The notes: a model not told the origin generated them from the sequence alone. A stretch of 64,000 nucleotides of DNA from Candidatus Parcubacteria bacterium (GCA_963814275.1 CAWFCE010000002.1:1067263-1131262), one strand, 5' to 3'. Positions 1-9,096 are shown, counted from the first letter of the stretch. Made by a program: numbers and translations.

Positions 1-908
1 TAAGCTCAAGGCAATTCCCGTGCGTACCCGCATCGACTCTCCGGGTATGATAGAATAATAATCAGCGGCATAAAGGATATAACAATTATCACCCTCCGGT
101 TGGGGGTAGCGGGCCAGGGGAGTAAGCTGCCTTATGGCCAGATCTATCTTATTTCGCGCGCAAGCGGAAAATTCAGGCGGATTATCGTGTAATTCGCGGA
201 AGTTAGGGGCTATATGTTGCCTTGATTGCGGTACCAGGTCGGTGATTTTATCCCATATCAGGTCATTGATCGATTCTGGCGGCAGTATGTTGCGGTTTTT
301 AGTGCATTCTATAATTGAGATACCGGGATAAAGCCGGGCAATTTCGAGGTAAGTTCGTTGTACTTTATCCTGGTAAACAATGTCATTTTCGTTTATATCG
401 TTGGTTTTTCCTGTCCAATCTTCCCGAAGCCGAAATTTATTCAAGCCATATGCGGTAGCGGGCTCGATCGAAAGAAAAATAATGCGGTCAGGATTGGGAA
501 GTCCGAGCAGCCGATACTCGAGATTAAGCGCCCAATCGAAAAATGTCCGCCGGGCCAGGGTCGAATCGATTTTCGCACCTTGATAAGCGAGGTTAGAATA
601 AGTATAACGGTTGGCTATTACGATGCTGCCGCGGTCGAGGAATTCCTTGATGCGGCGGCAGGCGTCAAATCGGTCCAGGGCAAAAAATAAAGTCGTTACA
701 TAAGGATCGACCGAGTCCCTTGGCCCGTATTTCCCTTCCAAAAAATTTTCCACAAAACCGGATGATCTAGAGTTATATTGCGGAAAATCGAAATATGCCG
801 TTCGGTGACCGGAATTTTCCAGACGTTTTATCAGTGATTTTGCCTGGGTAGCTTTCCCCGCACTGTCTATTCCCTCCAAAACTATCAGTTTTCCCTTATT
901 GTCCATAT
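1..908 (-). CDS. tmk: thymidylate kinase with a C-terminal dUTPase-like extension (3' end runs off the window)
   Basis: Not in the ORF track because there is no stop inside the window. Hand translation of the reverse strand from ATG at 908-906 gives MDNKGKLIVLEGIDSAGKATQAKSLIKRLENSGHRTAYFDFPQY...IANRYTYSNLAYQGAK (Tmk P-loop and fold). The last ~45 residues, PEGDNCYILYAADYYSIIPGESMRVRTGIALSL, follow the dUTPase/dCTP-deaminase barrel pattern (PGE-xxx-V-x-TGI). Confidence 0.75.
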
Positions 909-1080
909 TTGTTATTTTTATCGATCGCGGATTTGACTCTGAAAATTTCTAATATTGGTTTTTTATTTTACTACAATATATTTCAAAACGCAAGTTGGCA
1001 AGTCAATCAAATAAACGCATAAAATATAATTTTATGCGTTTATATCCAATTAGATTGTCTATAAGTATTTTCAGTTATGA

Positions 1081-1638
1081 CTATAATTTTTCCATAACCT
1101 TTAATATTTCTTTTTCCAAGTCGTCCATATTGCCGTTGTTAACGATTTTGAAATTAGCCGTAGCTCCGACCAGGGCGATATTCTTTTCCGTGGCATTCTG
1201 TTCTTTGCTGATAAAAGTTTCAAAACTTTGTTCGTTTTCACCCACTTTTTCGCCCCGCTCGACGCTGCGTTTATAGCGGACTTGCGGGTCAGCCGTAACA
1301 TAGATCAGCTTGAAATCGCTGCCGTATTCCCGTTTGAAAGGATCAGGATCGCCGGGCATGCGCAGACCATCGACTATCACCAGGTCGGTGTCTTCATGCT
1401 CTACTTCCTTGAGCATCGCTTCCATCAGGATAGTGTCACCGAAGCCTTGCTTCAGGACCAGGGCCAGGTTGATCAGATTGTCCCGGGACGCGTCCAGATA
1501 CAAGCTGTCGATAGTACGGCGCAGGATGTTCGAGACGGTCAGGCGGGAACCGCCGTAATGCTTGCGGATAATATCGGCAGCGGCCCCTTTACCGCCGGCC
1601 TGCTCGCCGATAATCCCGATAACTTTCTTTTTCTTCAT
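1081..1638 (-). CDS. P-loop nucleotide/nucleoside-monophosphate kinase-like protein
   Basis: 185 aa ORF. Has an N-terminal Walker A-like VIGIIGEQAGGKGAAAD and a small kinase-sized fold. Sits inside the deoxynucleotide cluster. Confidence 0.55.
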   Translation of the reverse strand: MKKKKVIGIIGEQAGGKGAAADIIRKHYGGSRLTVSNILRRTIDSLYLDASRDNLINLALVLKQGFGDTILMEAMLKEVEHEDTDLVIVDGLRMPGDPDPFKREYGSDFKLIYVTADPQVRYKRSVERGEKVGENEQSFETFISKEQNATEKNIALVGATANFKIVNNGNMDDLEKEILKVMEKL

Positions 1639-1781
1639 GTTATTCTTCGTGTAAGATCAATAGAAAGCCGTTTACCGTAAAAATAATAAATCGAAATTTA
1701 GCATTTTTACCGCTGATTTTACGCGGATTGCTACGCGGATATTACGCTGATAAACGACTCCTTTTAACCCAAAATCGATTA

Positions 1782-2393
1782 TTAATTAAGAACTGATATG
1801 TTTAATCTCCTTATTATAGAATCAAGTTGTCGATGAAAATCTTCGAGGTTTGATTCGTTGATTATAGTAAAGTCGGCACGGGCGATCGGTCCGCCTTTGG
1901 CCAGATTCTCTAATTCAGTGTAGTCGCGGGTATCGAATTCATCCTTTGTCCTCATTATCCGCACTCTGTCTTTTCCTGTATCTTGCTTGCGTGCGACCAG
2001 GCGCTGAAAGCGGATTTCGGGTGAAGCGAATATCGCCAGTACCATGAACTTATCAACGAACTGTTCTTTCATTAATTTATACTCCTGCCAGCTATATAGG
2101 CTTTCCACCAAAACGACATCGTTCGTTTTCAGATATTCATTGATCATCGGCAGGCTCAATTTGGCGTAGGCATCCATCCCTATTTCTTTCCGGATCATTT
2201 CCCGCACTTTCCGTTCATTTGCATAAGTCAGCTCCAAACCTTCCTTTTTGATACGCTCAAAAGTCGGCTCGCCGAAATAAACATTCGGCGCGTTTAGTTT
2301 CGCTTTCAGGTATTTTGTCGCTTCACCCTTGCCCGAGCCGGCCATGCCCACCACGGCTAAGATCAATTTTGTACCGATTTTATTCGAAGCCAT
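1782..2393 (-). CDS. P-loop (d)NMP kinase-like protein
   Basis: 203 aa ORF with Walker A LAVVGMAGSGKGEATKYL. Its start overlaps the stop of the upstream Nudix gene by 14 nt, which suggests operon coupling. Confidence 0.55.
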   Translation of the reverse strand: MASNKIGTKLILAVVGMAGSGKGEATKYLKAKLNAPNVYFGEPTFERIKKEGLELTYANERKVREMIRKEIGMDAYAKLSLPMINEYLKTNDVVLVESLYSWQEYKLMKEQFVDKFMVLAIFASPEIRFQRLVARKQDTGKDRVRIMRTKDEFDTRDYTELENLAKGGPIARADFTIINESNLEDFHRQLDSIIRRLNISVLN

Positions 2394-2847
2394 ATTCGCT
2401 GTAATTATTTCCTTTCAGGTATTCACCAAGTGCGTATTTAGTGTAGGGAAGAAGATTTTCCGGCAGATCATCGAGGGAAAACCATTCAAGTCCGCTGTGT
2501 TTACGCGGTTCGTTGTTAATGGGTTTCTCCACGGGGTTTTTAACGTAAAAATAAATATCACACCAATTAACTTTCGCATTATTCTGGTCATATACCTGAT
2601 AACGATCGCAAACATGAACCAGTCTTACATCTTCCGAAGCCAAATCCAGGGCACCCTCTTCCTTTGCTTCCCTGATAATCGCTGACAGATATCTTTCGTT
2701 CGGTTCGACCCGCCCGGCGATTAGCGTCCAATACCCGGTCATAAACACGGCACCCGACCGCATGAGCAGGGGAACCCGCCCGTTGTAATCGGCGATCAAG
2801 TATACCGCCGCCCGAAAATTTCTGCTTATTTCATTTTGGCCGGTCAT
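2380..2847 (-). CDS. NUDIX hydrolase
   Basis: Nudix box GRVEPNERYLSAIIREAKEEGAL matches GX5EX7REUXEEXGU. Confidence 0.8.
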   Translation of the reverse strand: MTGQNEISRNFRAAVYLIADYNGRVPLLMRSGAVFMTGYWTLIAGRVEPNERYLSAIIREAKEEGALDLASEDVRLVHVCDRYQVYDQNNAKVNWCDIYFYVKNPVEKPINNEPRKHSGLEWFSLDDLPENLLPYTKYALGEYLKGNNYSEYGFE

Positions 2848-2874
2848 AAAAAACTTACTTGATAGTGCCGCTAA

Positions 2875-3369
2875 TTAACGGGAAAGTTCCAAATACTTTA
2901 GTTTATAACCGTTATCTTCGGCAGATTCCTCGGAAATAATATTCTTGAATTCTGAATAATCGGGGAAATAGGCATCAGCCTCGGGCGCGTCATCCACTAT
3001 TGTCAGGTACAATTTTTTGGCATAGGGGAGTGAATCGGCAAAAATTTGCGCGCCGCCGATCACGAACGTCTCGCCGGCTTCATCGTGGGCGGCTTTGTGG
3101 AGAGCGTCTTTCAGGTCATGGGCGATCATACACTGGCAATCTTTGCCGAAGGAATCCGGACAATGGTAGTCCGGCTGCTTGGTTACAACAATATTGAAGC
3201 GGCCAGGCAGGGTATGGCCGATTGACTCGAGCGTTTTGCGCCCCATGATGATAGTATGTCCCATGGTCAATTTTTTAAAATGTTTCAAATCCTCCGGCAA
3301 TTTCCAGAGAAGTTTGTTGCCACAACCCAGTTCACGGTTTTTCCCGATTACGGCGATGATACTGATCAT
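2875..3369 (-). CDS. folA: dihydrofolate reductase
   Basis: MISIIAVIGKNRELGCGNKLLWKLPEDLKHFKKLTMGHTIIMGRKTLESIG is a classic DHFR N-terminus. The internal ATG at 3369 was chosen because it gives ~164 aa and removes the overlap with thyA that the track start at 3450 creates. Confidence 0.85.
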   Translation of the reverse strand: MISIIAVIGKNRELGCGNKLLWKLPEDLKHFKKLTMGHTIIMGRKTLESIGHTLPGRFNIVVTKQPDYHCPDSFGKDCQCMIAHDLKDALHKAAHDEAGETFVIGGAQIFADSLPYAKKLYLTIVDDAPEADAYFPDYSEFKNIISEESAEDNGYKLKYLELSR

Positions 3370-3424
3370 ATAAATTGATGCTAGCATGCGAAAGCATGTG
3401 AATGATGCTAATCGCTTATAATAA

Positions 3425-4441
3425 TTATTTAGTCGGTTTTTTATCCTCAAAACCGCCGATGGTCGCTATTTCCCCCTTTAATCCCGGATGTGATTCGTAA
3501 TTTTCCAAAGTGATATCCTCAAGTTTGAAATCATCGATATTTTTGATGGCCGGGTTAAGTGTTACTTTCGGAAAAGGAAAAGGTTTTCTTTGGAGCTGTT
3601 CTTTCACCGCATCGAAATGGTTCGAATACAGATGGACGTCGCCGAAAGTGTGGACAAATTCGCCGGCTTCTATTCCCGTCACGTGCGATACCATTAGCAG
3701 CAGCAAGGCATAGCTGGCTATATTGAAGGGAACGCCCAGGAACAGATCAGCGCTTCGCTGATAGAGGCCAAGGTTCAATTTTTCATTGGCCACCTGGAAT
3801 TGGAACATAGTATGGCAAAAAGGCGGTACCTGAGATTTTTGGCCTTCAGATGCCATTTGATAGATAAAATCCGGGTTCCAGGCGGATACTACATACGATT
3901 TTCGATATGGCTTGTCCTTAAGGCCTTCAATAGCCCAGCCGAGCTGGTCGATTTCCCGGCCGTCTTTGGCCGGCCAGCGCCGCCACATTCTGCCATAGAT
4001 CGTGATCAGGTCGCCCCACTTCACTACAAAAGGATCTTCAGCCGGAAGTTCGGTCATTTTTTTGATGAATTCGGCTTGTTCCATCTGTTCCCCGGGCGCG
4101 TTCTCCTTCGCCCACATGGCGTAATGCTTCCAGGCCCACTCATCCCAGATATGGTTGTTCACGTCCAAGAGCGGCTTAATATTCGACGAACCGGTCAAGA
4201 ACCAAAGAAGTTCGGTAACCAGGCCGCGCCAAAATGTTTTTTTGGTTGTGAGGAGGGGAAACCCGTCTTTCAGGTCGAACCGTATTTGCCGGCCGAATAC
4301 ACTGCGAATAAACGGCGGCTCCTTGCCTTCTTTTTTGTAGCGCTCAAGGACAATGTCGTTAAAAAACAAAGGTTTGTCGGCGCCATTATCCATAATATCC
4401 TGGCAAAGATCCAAATACTGGTACTCGGGATGCTTCTTCAT
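3425..4441 (-). CDS. thyA: thymidylate synthase ThyA (long form with an internal insertion)
   Basis: Motifs VSAWNP, PPFCHTMFQFQV (catalytic Cys), YQRSADLFLGVPFNIASYALL and DVHLYSNH. Start set at MKKHPEYQYLDL (4441); the track start is 4477. Confidence 0.9.
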   Translation of the reverse strand: MKKHPEYQYLDLCQDIMDNGADKPLFFNDIVLERYKKEGKEPPFIRSVFGRQIRFDLKDGFPLLTTKKTFWRGLVTELLWFLTGSSNIKPLLDVNNHIWDEWAWKHYAMWAKENAPGEQMEQAEFIKKMTELPAEDPFVVKWGDLITIYGRMWRRWPAKDGREIDQLGWAIEGLKDKPYRKSYVVSAWNPDFIYQMASEGQKSQVPPFCHTMFQFQVANEKLNLGLYQRSADLFLGVPFNIASYALLLLMVSHVTGIEAGEFVHTFGDVHLYSNHFDAVKEQLQRKPFPFPKVTLNPAIKNIDDFKLEDITLENYESHPGLKGEIATIGGFEDKKPTK

Positions 4442-4508
4442 ATAATTTCTAACTTCTAAATTATAATTACTAATCAAGAATTAGAGCTTATAATTTATAA
4501 TTTAATAA

Positions 4509-5057
4509 TTATATTTGGGTTTCTTTGCCGTTAGTCGATACCCGGCCGCCCTGCCATTGGCCGCGGTATTGGCTGGCTTCACCGCTGACCATCTCGAAGA
4601 CGATATGGGCAATGCGCGCGCCCAGGGAAATTTTCACCTTGGCCTGGCCCAAATTCACCAGGCCGAAAGTCAGTTCACCGCTGTAGCCGCCATGGACGAT
4701 GCCGTTAAACAATGCCAGGCCGGAACGGAACAGAGTGCCGCGGGAAAAGATCACCGCGGAAAGGTCCAGGGGGAGGTTTATCTTCTCGACCGTTTTGACC
4801 AGATAATATTGGCCAGGCTCAAATACGAAAAAATTATCTTTCTCATTCTCATCACCGCTATATTTGGCGATCAGTTCTATCTCCGGCGTATCCCTTTCCT
4901 CAATACCGAGAAAACCTTCGCCGGATAATCCATATATTTCACCCAAACGCAAATCGAACCCAGCCCCTTCCGGTGAATTCATCTCCCGGCCGCAGAGGTT
5001 TTCGACTAAATTACTTTTTTCCACTAATTCGTGTAATTTTTTTATTCCTAGTATCAT
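4509..5057 (-). CDS. dcd: dCTP deaminase family protein (dUTPase superfamily)
   Basis: GAGFDLRLGE, EPGQYYLVKTVEKINLPLDL, SRGTLFRSGL and a C-terminal YRGQWQGG parallel Dcd. Start taken at MILGIKK (5057). Confidence 0.75.
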   Translation of the reverse strand: MILGIKKLHELVEKSNLVENLCGREMNSPEGAGFDLRLGEIYGLSGEGFLGIEERDTPEIELIAKYSGDENEKDNFFVFEPGQYYLVKTVEKINLPLDLSAVIFSRGTLFRSGLALFNGIVHGGYSGELTFGLVNLGQAKVKISLGARIAHIVFEMVSGEASQYRGQWQGGRVSTNGKETQI

Positions 5058-5141
5058 ATTCTGACGGCATGTAACCCGCAACACGCAGCATGCAGCATAA
5101 GTTTAACAGCAGTAAAATATTCTTAAATATTTAATTCTATG

Positions 5142-5281
5142 TCAGATAGTGTCAAAGCCTTTTATCAGAGCTTTTTTCATTTCATCCGAAATTTTCAGTT
5201 TCATCATTTCTTCTTTCGTTGCCAGAAGATATCGGTCATGCTCATCGCTTAACTTTTTCAATTGCGTGATGCGGGAATTCA
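5142..5281 (-). other. orphaned in-frame 3' coding remnant of the dCMP deaminase gene (46 codons, no start of its own)
   Basis: Reverse-strand reading continues from the third copy of the 31-nt gene end as LNSRITQLKKLSDEHDRYLLATKEEMMKLKISDEMKKALIKGFDTI-stop (TGA at 5144-5142). It is in the same frame as the deaminase: 5562-5142 = 420 = 3x140. Confidence 0.45.
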
Positions 5282-5594
5282 ACCCGGCGCAACCCAGTTC
5301 GCAGGATTCTTCCACATAGCTGGTCTTCTACCGGACTTTAGTCCGGGTCGAATTTAAGACACAGATAATCTAAACGGATGATCGCTAACCCCGGCTGAAG
5401 CCGGGTAGAATGTCGCGTAATAACCCGGCGCAACCCAGCTCGCAGGATTCTTCCACGTAGCCGGTCTTCTACCGGACTTTAGTCCGGGTCGAATTTAAGA
5501 CACAGATAATCTAAACGGATGATCGCTAACCCCGGCTGAAGCCGGGTAGAATGTCGCGTAATTACCCGGCGCAACCCAGCTCGCAGGATTCTTC
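5282..5594. repeat. 141-bp tandem repeat: 2 full units (5282-5422, 5423-5563) plus a 31-nt third copy (5564-5594)
   Basis: Direct reading shows acccggcgcaacccag[c/t]tcgcaggattcttc recurring at 5282, 5423 and 5564, a period of 141 = 47 codons. The two full units differ at ~4 positions. Each unit holds two 6-bp hairpins (ccggac-ttta-gtccgg and cccggc-tgaa-gccggg) and a gtctt...aagac clamp. Confidence 0.9.
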
Positions 5595-6140
5595 TTCGTT
5601 GTCTACAATATTATATTGGGCCGGAAATGTGGAATAAATAGTTCCGTCATATTTACGCACCGTAATCCCGGCCGCTTTGGACAATTCATCGGACTCATCC
5701 TCTTCTTCCATTTTTTCCCCGCCGGTCTGGACGCGGCGGTACTCTTTCAAGTAGACCAGCTCCTTGATCCCGGCGTTATTTAAGGCCTTCATACAATCAT
5801 AGCACGGCGTCAGAACGGAATAGATCGTCGCGCCTTGGAGTCGGGTGCCGTCAAAAGCATTGATTATGGAATTGATCTCCGCGTGCGCACCCCGGCAGCG
5901 CTTCAGCTTGCCGGTCTTGGGGTCGCCGTCGACCTTGGCACAGCCGACATCGAGACAATGGAGATCGCCGGCGGTCGGTCCGTTGTAACCGATCGAAACG
6001 ATACGGTGTTTTTTGTCCACGATCACAGCCGCTGTTTCATGGTATTTGCAGGCTGTCCGTTTGGCGGCGATCACCGCCAGGTTCATGAACATTTCGTCCC
6101 AGGTAAGCCGGGCGCTTTTAGGGGTCTTTAGTTTGGACAT
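5562..6140 (-). CDS. deoxycytidylate (dCMP) deaminase, as currently terminated
   Basis: CMP/dCMP deaminase zinc motifs HAEINSI and PCYDCMKAL. The stop codon TAA (5564-5562) is created at the junction with the repeat unit. Confidence 0.85.
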   Translation of the reverse strand: MSKLKTPKSARLTWDEMFMNLAVIAAKRTACKYHETAAVIVDKKHRIVSIGYNGPTAGDLHCLDVGCAKVDGDPKTGKLKRCRGAHAEINSIINAFDGTRLQGATIYSVLTPCYDCMKALNNAGIKELVYLKEYRRVQTGGEKMEEEDESDELSKAAGITVRKYDGTIYSTFPAQYNIVDNEEESCELGCAG

Positions 6141-6464
6141 AAAGATTCTAAATAAATGTCAGTGTTATTCGTAAATACTAAAAAATGGACCAAAAAAGGG
6201 ATATTAACTTGTTTATTTTAATATCCCTGAATCGCTTCAGAGTGAAGCAGGGGGATGCATAATTATTTTAGCAAATTTGATAGGGGAGGGCAATAACTTG
6301 TACCATATAGCACGCAACACATAGCACGTAACAAAAAACATGTAACAGATAGCGTTATTTTTAGCTCTTAGAAGTGTAAACCTCTTTGTTGTAATGTTAA
6401 CAAATATATAAGACTTGTTTCAAGGTGGTTTGATACGTGCTTTGTGTTGTGTGCCACATGATAA

Positions 6465-6497
6465 CAATAAAACTCCTCATAAAAGGAGTATTATTGT
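6465..6497 (-). terminator. intrinsic terminator downstream of rplA
   Basis: actcct(6472-6477)/aggagt(6484-6489) hairpin. On the minus strand it is followed by TTTTATTGTT. Confidence 0.55.
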
Positions 6498-6518
6498 TTA
6501 TAATGAAATCTATTATAA

Positions 6519-7229
6519 TTATGAAGTGGCGACTTTTATGCCAGGTCCCATAGAGGATGATATGGTGATATTTTTGACATAGGCGCCTTTGGCTTTTGTC
6601 GGTTTGGCTTTTTTGACCGCTTCCAGGACTGTCTGGAAATTTTCAACCAGTTTGAGCGGTTCGAAGCTTGTCTTGCCGATCACGATATGGAGATTGCCGG
6701 TATCGTCGTTTTTGAAGCTTACTTTGCCTTTCTTCAATTCCTTGACGGCTTTGGCCGGATTCGGGGTCACGGTTTCGTTCTTGGGCGAAGGCATCAGGCC
6801 GCGGGTACCGAGGATGCGGGCGATCTGGGCCAGGTTCTTCATCATTGCGGTTTCCGCAACTGCGACCTCAAAATCGGTTTTTTCGGATTTTTTGATCTGA
6901 GCGATCAGATCCTCGCCGCCGACCAGATCGGCGCCGGCTTCCTTCACTTCTTTCTCTTTTTCCGGAGAAACGAATGCGGCGACCCGGACGGTTTTACCGG
7001 TGCCATGTGGCAGGGAAACTGCTGCCCTGACTTGCTGTTCACCCTTTTTGGTGTCTATTCCCAGGCGGATATGGACCTCTACGGTAGCATCAAACTTGGT
7101 TTTGCTGAGCGTTTTCGTCAATCCTACCGCTTCCTCAGCGGTATATACCTTTGACTTATCGAAATCAACGCTTTCAACAGGCTTGATCTCCGCTGCCGGT
7201 TTAGTTTTTTTCACTTCTTTTTTTGCCAT
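6519..7229 (-). CDS. rplA: 50S ribosomal protein L1
   Basis: 236 aa. FDATVEVHIRLGIDTKKGEQQVRAAVSLPHGTGK is a typical L1 core. Lies in the conserved rplK-rplA order. Confidence 0.95.
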   Translation of the reverse strand: MAKKEVKKTKPAAEIKPVESVDFDKSKVYTAEEAVGLTKTLSKTKFDATVEVHIRLGIDTKKGEQQVRAAVSLPHGTGKTVRVAAFVSPEKEKEVKEAGADLVGGEDLIAQIKKSEKTDFEVAVAETAMMKNLAQIARILGTRGLMPSPKNETVTPNPAKAVKELKKGKVSFKNDDTGNLHIVIGKTSFEPLKLVENFQTVLEAVKKAKPTKAKGAYVKNITISSSMGPGIKVATS

Positions 7230-7254
7230 AGAATTTTCGTGGTCTTAATGAGTT

Positions 7255-7314
7255 GAAAGTTCATAAAGTTATAAAGTTATAAAGTTTTCACGTTTTGTAA
7301 CTTTATGAACTTTC
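7255..7314 (-). promoter_or_regulatory. perfect 16-bp inverted repeat in the rplK-rplA spacer (possible L1 leader or attenuator)
   Basis: gaaagttcataaagtt (7255-7270) is the exact reverse complement of aactttatgaactttc (7299-7314). The loop carries ataaagtt tandem copies. Confidence 0.35.
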
Positions 7315-7397
7315 CACTTTATAACTTATCCCTCTCCCACAAATAATTATATAAATTAATCTTGTAGCGTTAATTATGCCCGTTATAAAACGTATAA

Positions 7398-7820
7398 CTA
7401 TTTCACTTCGACTCCCATCTGGCGGGCGGTGCCTTCGATGATCTTCATGGCCGCTTCGATCGTGTCCGCGTTCAGATCGGGCATTTTGATCTCGGCGATC
7501 TCTTTGACCTGGGCGAGGGTCAGTGAGCCGACTTTTTCCGTATTTGGTTTGCCTGAACCCTTTTTTATCTTCGCGTATTTTTTTATCAGCTCAGCCGCCG
7601 GCGGGGTCTTCATGATAAAATCGAAACTGCGGTCTTCGTATACGGTGATTTCAACAGGTACGATGTCTCCCATTTTATCTCTGGTCTTGTCGTTGAAACG
7701 GGTGCAAAAATCCTGGATATTCAAGCCATGCTGGCCCAGGGCCGGACCGATCGGAGGGGCAGGATTCGCCTGACCGGCCGGAATTTGTAATTTTATGATA
7801 GTTTTAACTTTTTTTGCCAT
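7398..7820 (-). CDS. rplK: 50S ribosomal protein L11
   Basis: [39 protein letters not shown]. Start at ATG 7820 rather than the track start 7874. Confidence 0.95.
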   Translation of the reverse strand: MAKKVKTIIKLQIPAGQANPAPPIGPALGQHGLNIQDFCTRFNDKTRDKMGDIVPVEITVYEDRSFDFIMKTPPAAELIKKYAKIKKGSGKPNTEKVGSLTLAQVKEIAEIKMPDLNADTIEAAMKIIEGTARQMGVEVK

Positions 7821-7980
7821 AGGTTTAGGTTTGTAGGAATGTAGGCGCCAGGGTGGTAGGAAGATAAGAAGCATGTCTTTTCCAGACTATCCGATACTAT
7901 CACCCGAGTATTGCCTGCAGGCCTTGGTTATGCACACTGTTTAATTGTTATTTTTAGATGGTAAATATTAGGTTTACAGG

Positions 7981-8526
7981 CTAGATCTTTTTAATCTGGA
8001 GAAAGTCGAGTTCTACCGGAGTTTCGCGGCCGAACATCGACACCAAGACCTTGATCTTACCCTTGGCCTCATCGACATTGGTTACTTTGCCTTCCAGGTT
8101 CTTGAAAGGCCCGTCCACTATCCTGACCGGTGAACCGACCATGACATCCACCGTATATTTCGGTTCTTCGACACCCATACGTTTTTGCAGCCCTTTCACT
8201 TCCTTATCGCTTATCGGGGTGGGGATAGTACCGGTGCCGATAAATCCGGTTACGTTGGGCGTATTGCGGACAACGTACCATGATTCGTCGGTAACAACCA
8301 TTTCGACCAGCACATAACCGGGAAAGATCTTTTCCTCTACTACTTTACGCTTGCCATTCTTGATACGGATCTTTTTTTCCGTAGGAATAAGGATATTAAA
8401 AATTTTGTCTTCCATGTCCATCGACTCAATACGCTGTTTCAGGTTCTTTTCCACATTTTCTTCATAACCGGAATAAGTATGCAGAACATACCAGCGCCGG
8501 CCTTGGTTTAGCATTTGTTTAGCCAT
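7981..8526 (-). CDS. nusG: transcription termination/antitermination factor NusG
   Basis: RRWYVLHTYSGYEENVEKNL (NGN domain) and a C-terminal KOW (GSPVRIVDGPFKNLEGKV). Lies in the secE-nusG-rplK order. Confidence 0.9.
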   Translation of the reverse strand: MAKQMLNQGRRWYVLHTYSGYEENVEKNLKQRIESMDMEDKIFNILIPTEKKIRIKNGKRKVVEEKIFPGYVLVEMVVTDESWYVVRNTPNVTGFIGTGTIPTPISDKEVKGLQKRMGVEEPKYTVDVMVGSPVRIVDGPFKNLEGKVTNVDEAKGKIKVLVSMFGRETPVELDFLQIKKI

Positions 8527-8609
8527 GTAGGTAGCTATTAACTGCAAATTATTATTGAAATCAATAATACATCTGCAGATTTTCGCTTATTTATTGTATC
8601 GTCGCTTGA

Positions 8610-8792
8610 TTATTTGATGATCAACTCAAGGGCGGATGAAAAAATAAAATCCAGAGCGCCCAAAAACGCCGCAATGGCCAAACTGATTCCGATGACCAGG
8701 AATGTGTAATTCTGGGCTTCTTTTTTGGTCGGCCAGGAGACCTTTTTCATCTCTTCGATCGAGCTTTTCAAATATTCGCTTGCATTAGCCAT
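8610..8792 (-). CDS. secE: preprotein translocase subunit SecE
   Basis: 60 aa. EEMKKVSWPTKKE followed by one TM helix. Sits directly upstream of nusG. Confidence 0.85.
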   Translation of the reverse strand: MANASEYLKSSIEEMKKVSWPTKKEAQNYTFLVIGISLAIAAFLGALDFIFSSALELIIK

Positions 8793-9096
8793 ATTATTAA
8801 TTTCAGGATTCTTAATGTATTTAAAAACGGCCCTTGCGCGGGCTGTTTATCCTTAATGCTATAATGATACAGAAATATTGGGATAATGTCAATACGCCAT
8901 TGGAAAGCAGGCCTACGAGTTTTTTAATTTCTGAAACTTGACAATGCAGGTGAGTATGATAGATTTATAATACCAACCTTTTTGGTAGGCAATGAGACAA
9001 ATTACAAATTAAGAATGCCGCATAACGAAAAACCTTTTATCAAACAAATATTTTTTTAAAATCGTATTAGGTTTATAATCCAGTAAATCCGTAGAT

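Noticed and set aside
3425-4441. The long ThyA homolog in a phage-like nucleotide cluster might be a dCMP/dUMP hydroxymethylase
   Set aside because: It keeps the HLYSNH Asn that specifies dUMP in thymidylate synthases, and it is adjacent to DHFR, which is needed only for the true ThyA reaction. The extra length looks like the internal insertion known from long-form ThyA.
5142-5281. The deaminase tail treated as an independent small gene
   Set aside because: No start codon lies at its 5' end. The only ATGs are internal and would give ~20 aa. The segment is exactly in frame with, and preceded by a copy of, the deaminase 3' end.
5313-5563. Hammerhead-type ribozyme or a self-splicing intron in the 110-nt spacers of the 141-bp repeat
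   Set aside because: I looked on both strands for the CUGAUGA...GAAA hammerhead core around the hairpins and did not find it. 110 nt is far too small for a group I or II intron. This remains unexplained rather than assigned.
8836-8862. Hairpin cggccc-ttgcgc-gggctg upstream of secE as a terminator, and a tRNA-Trp, which often precedes secE
   Set aside because: No cloverleaf could be folded anywhere in 8793-9096. The hairpin has weak U-tracts on both strands and no gene feeding into it, so it was left unannotated.
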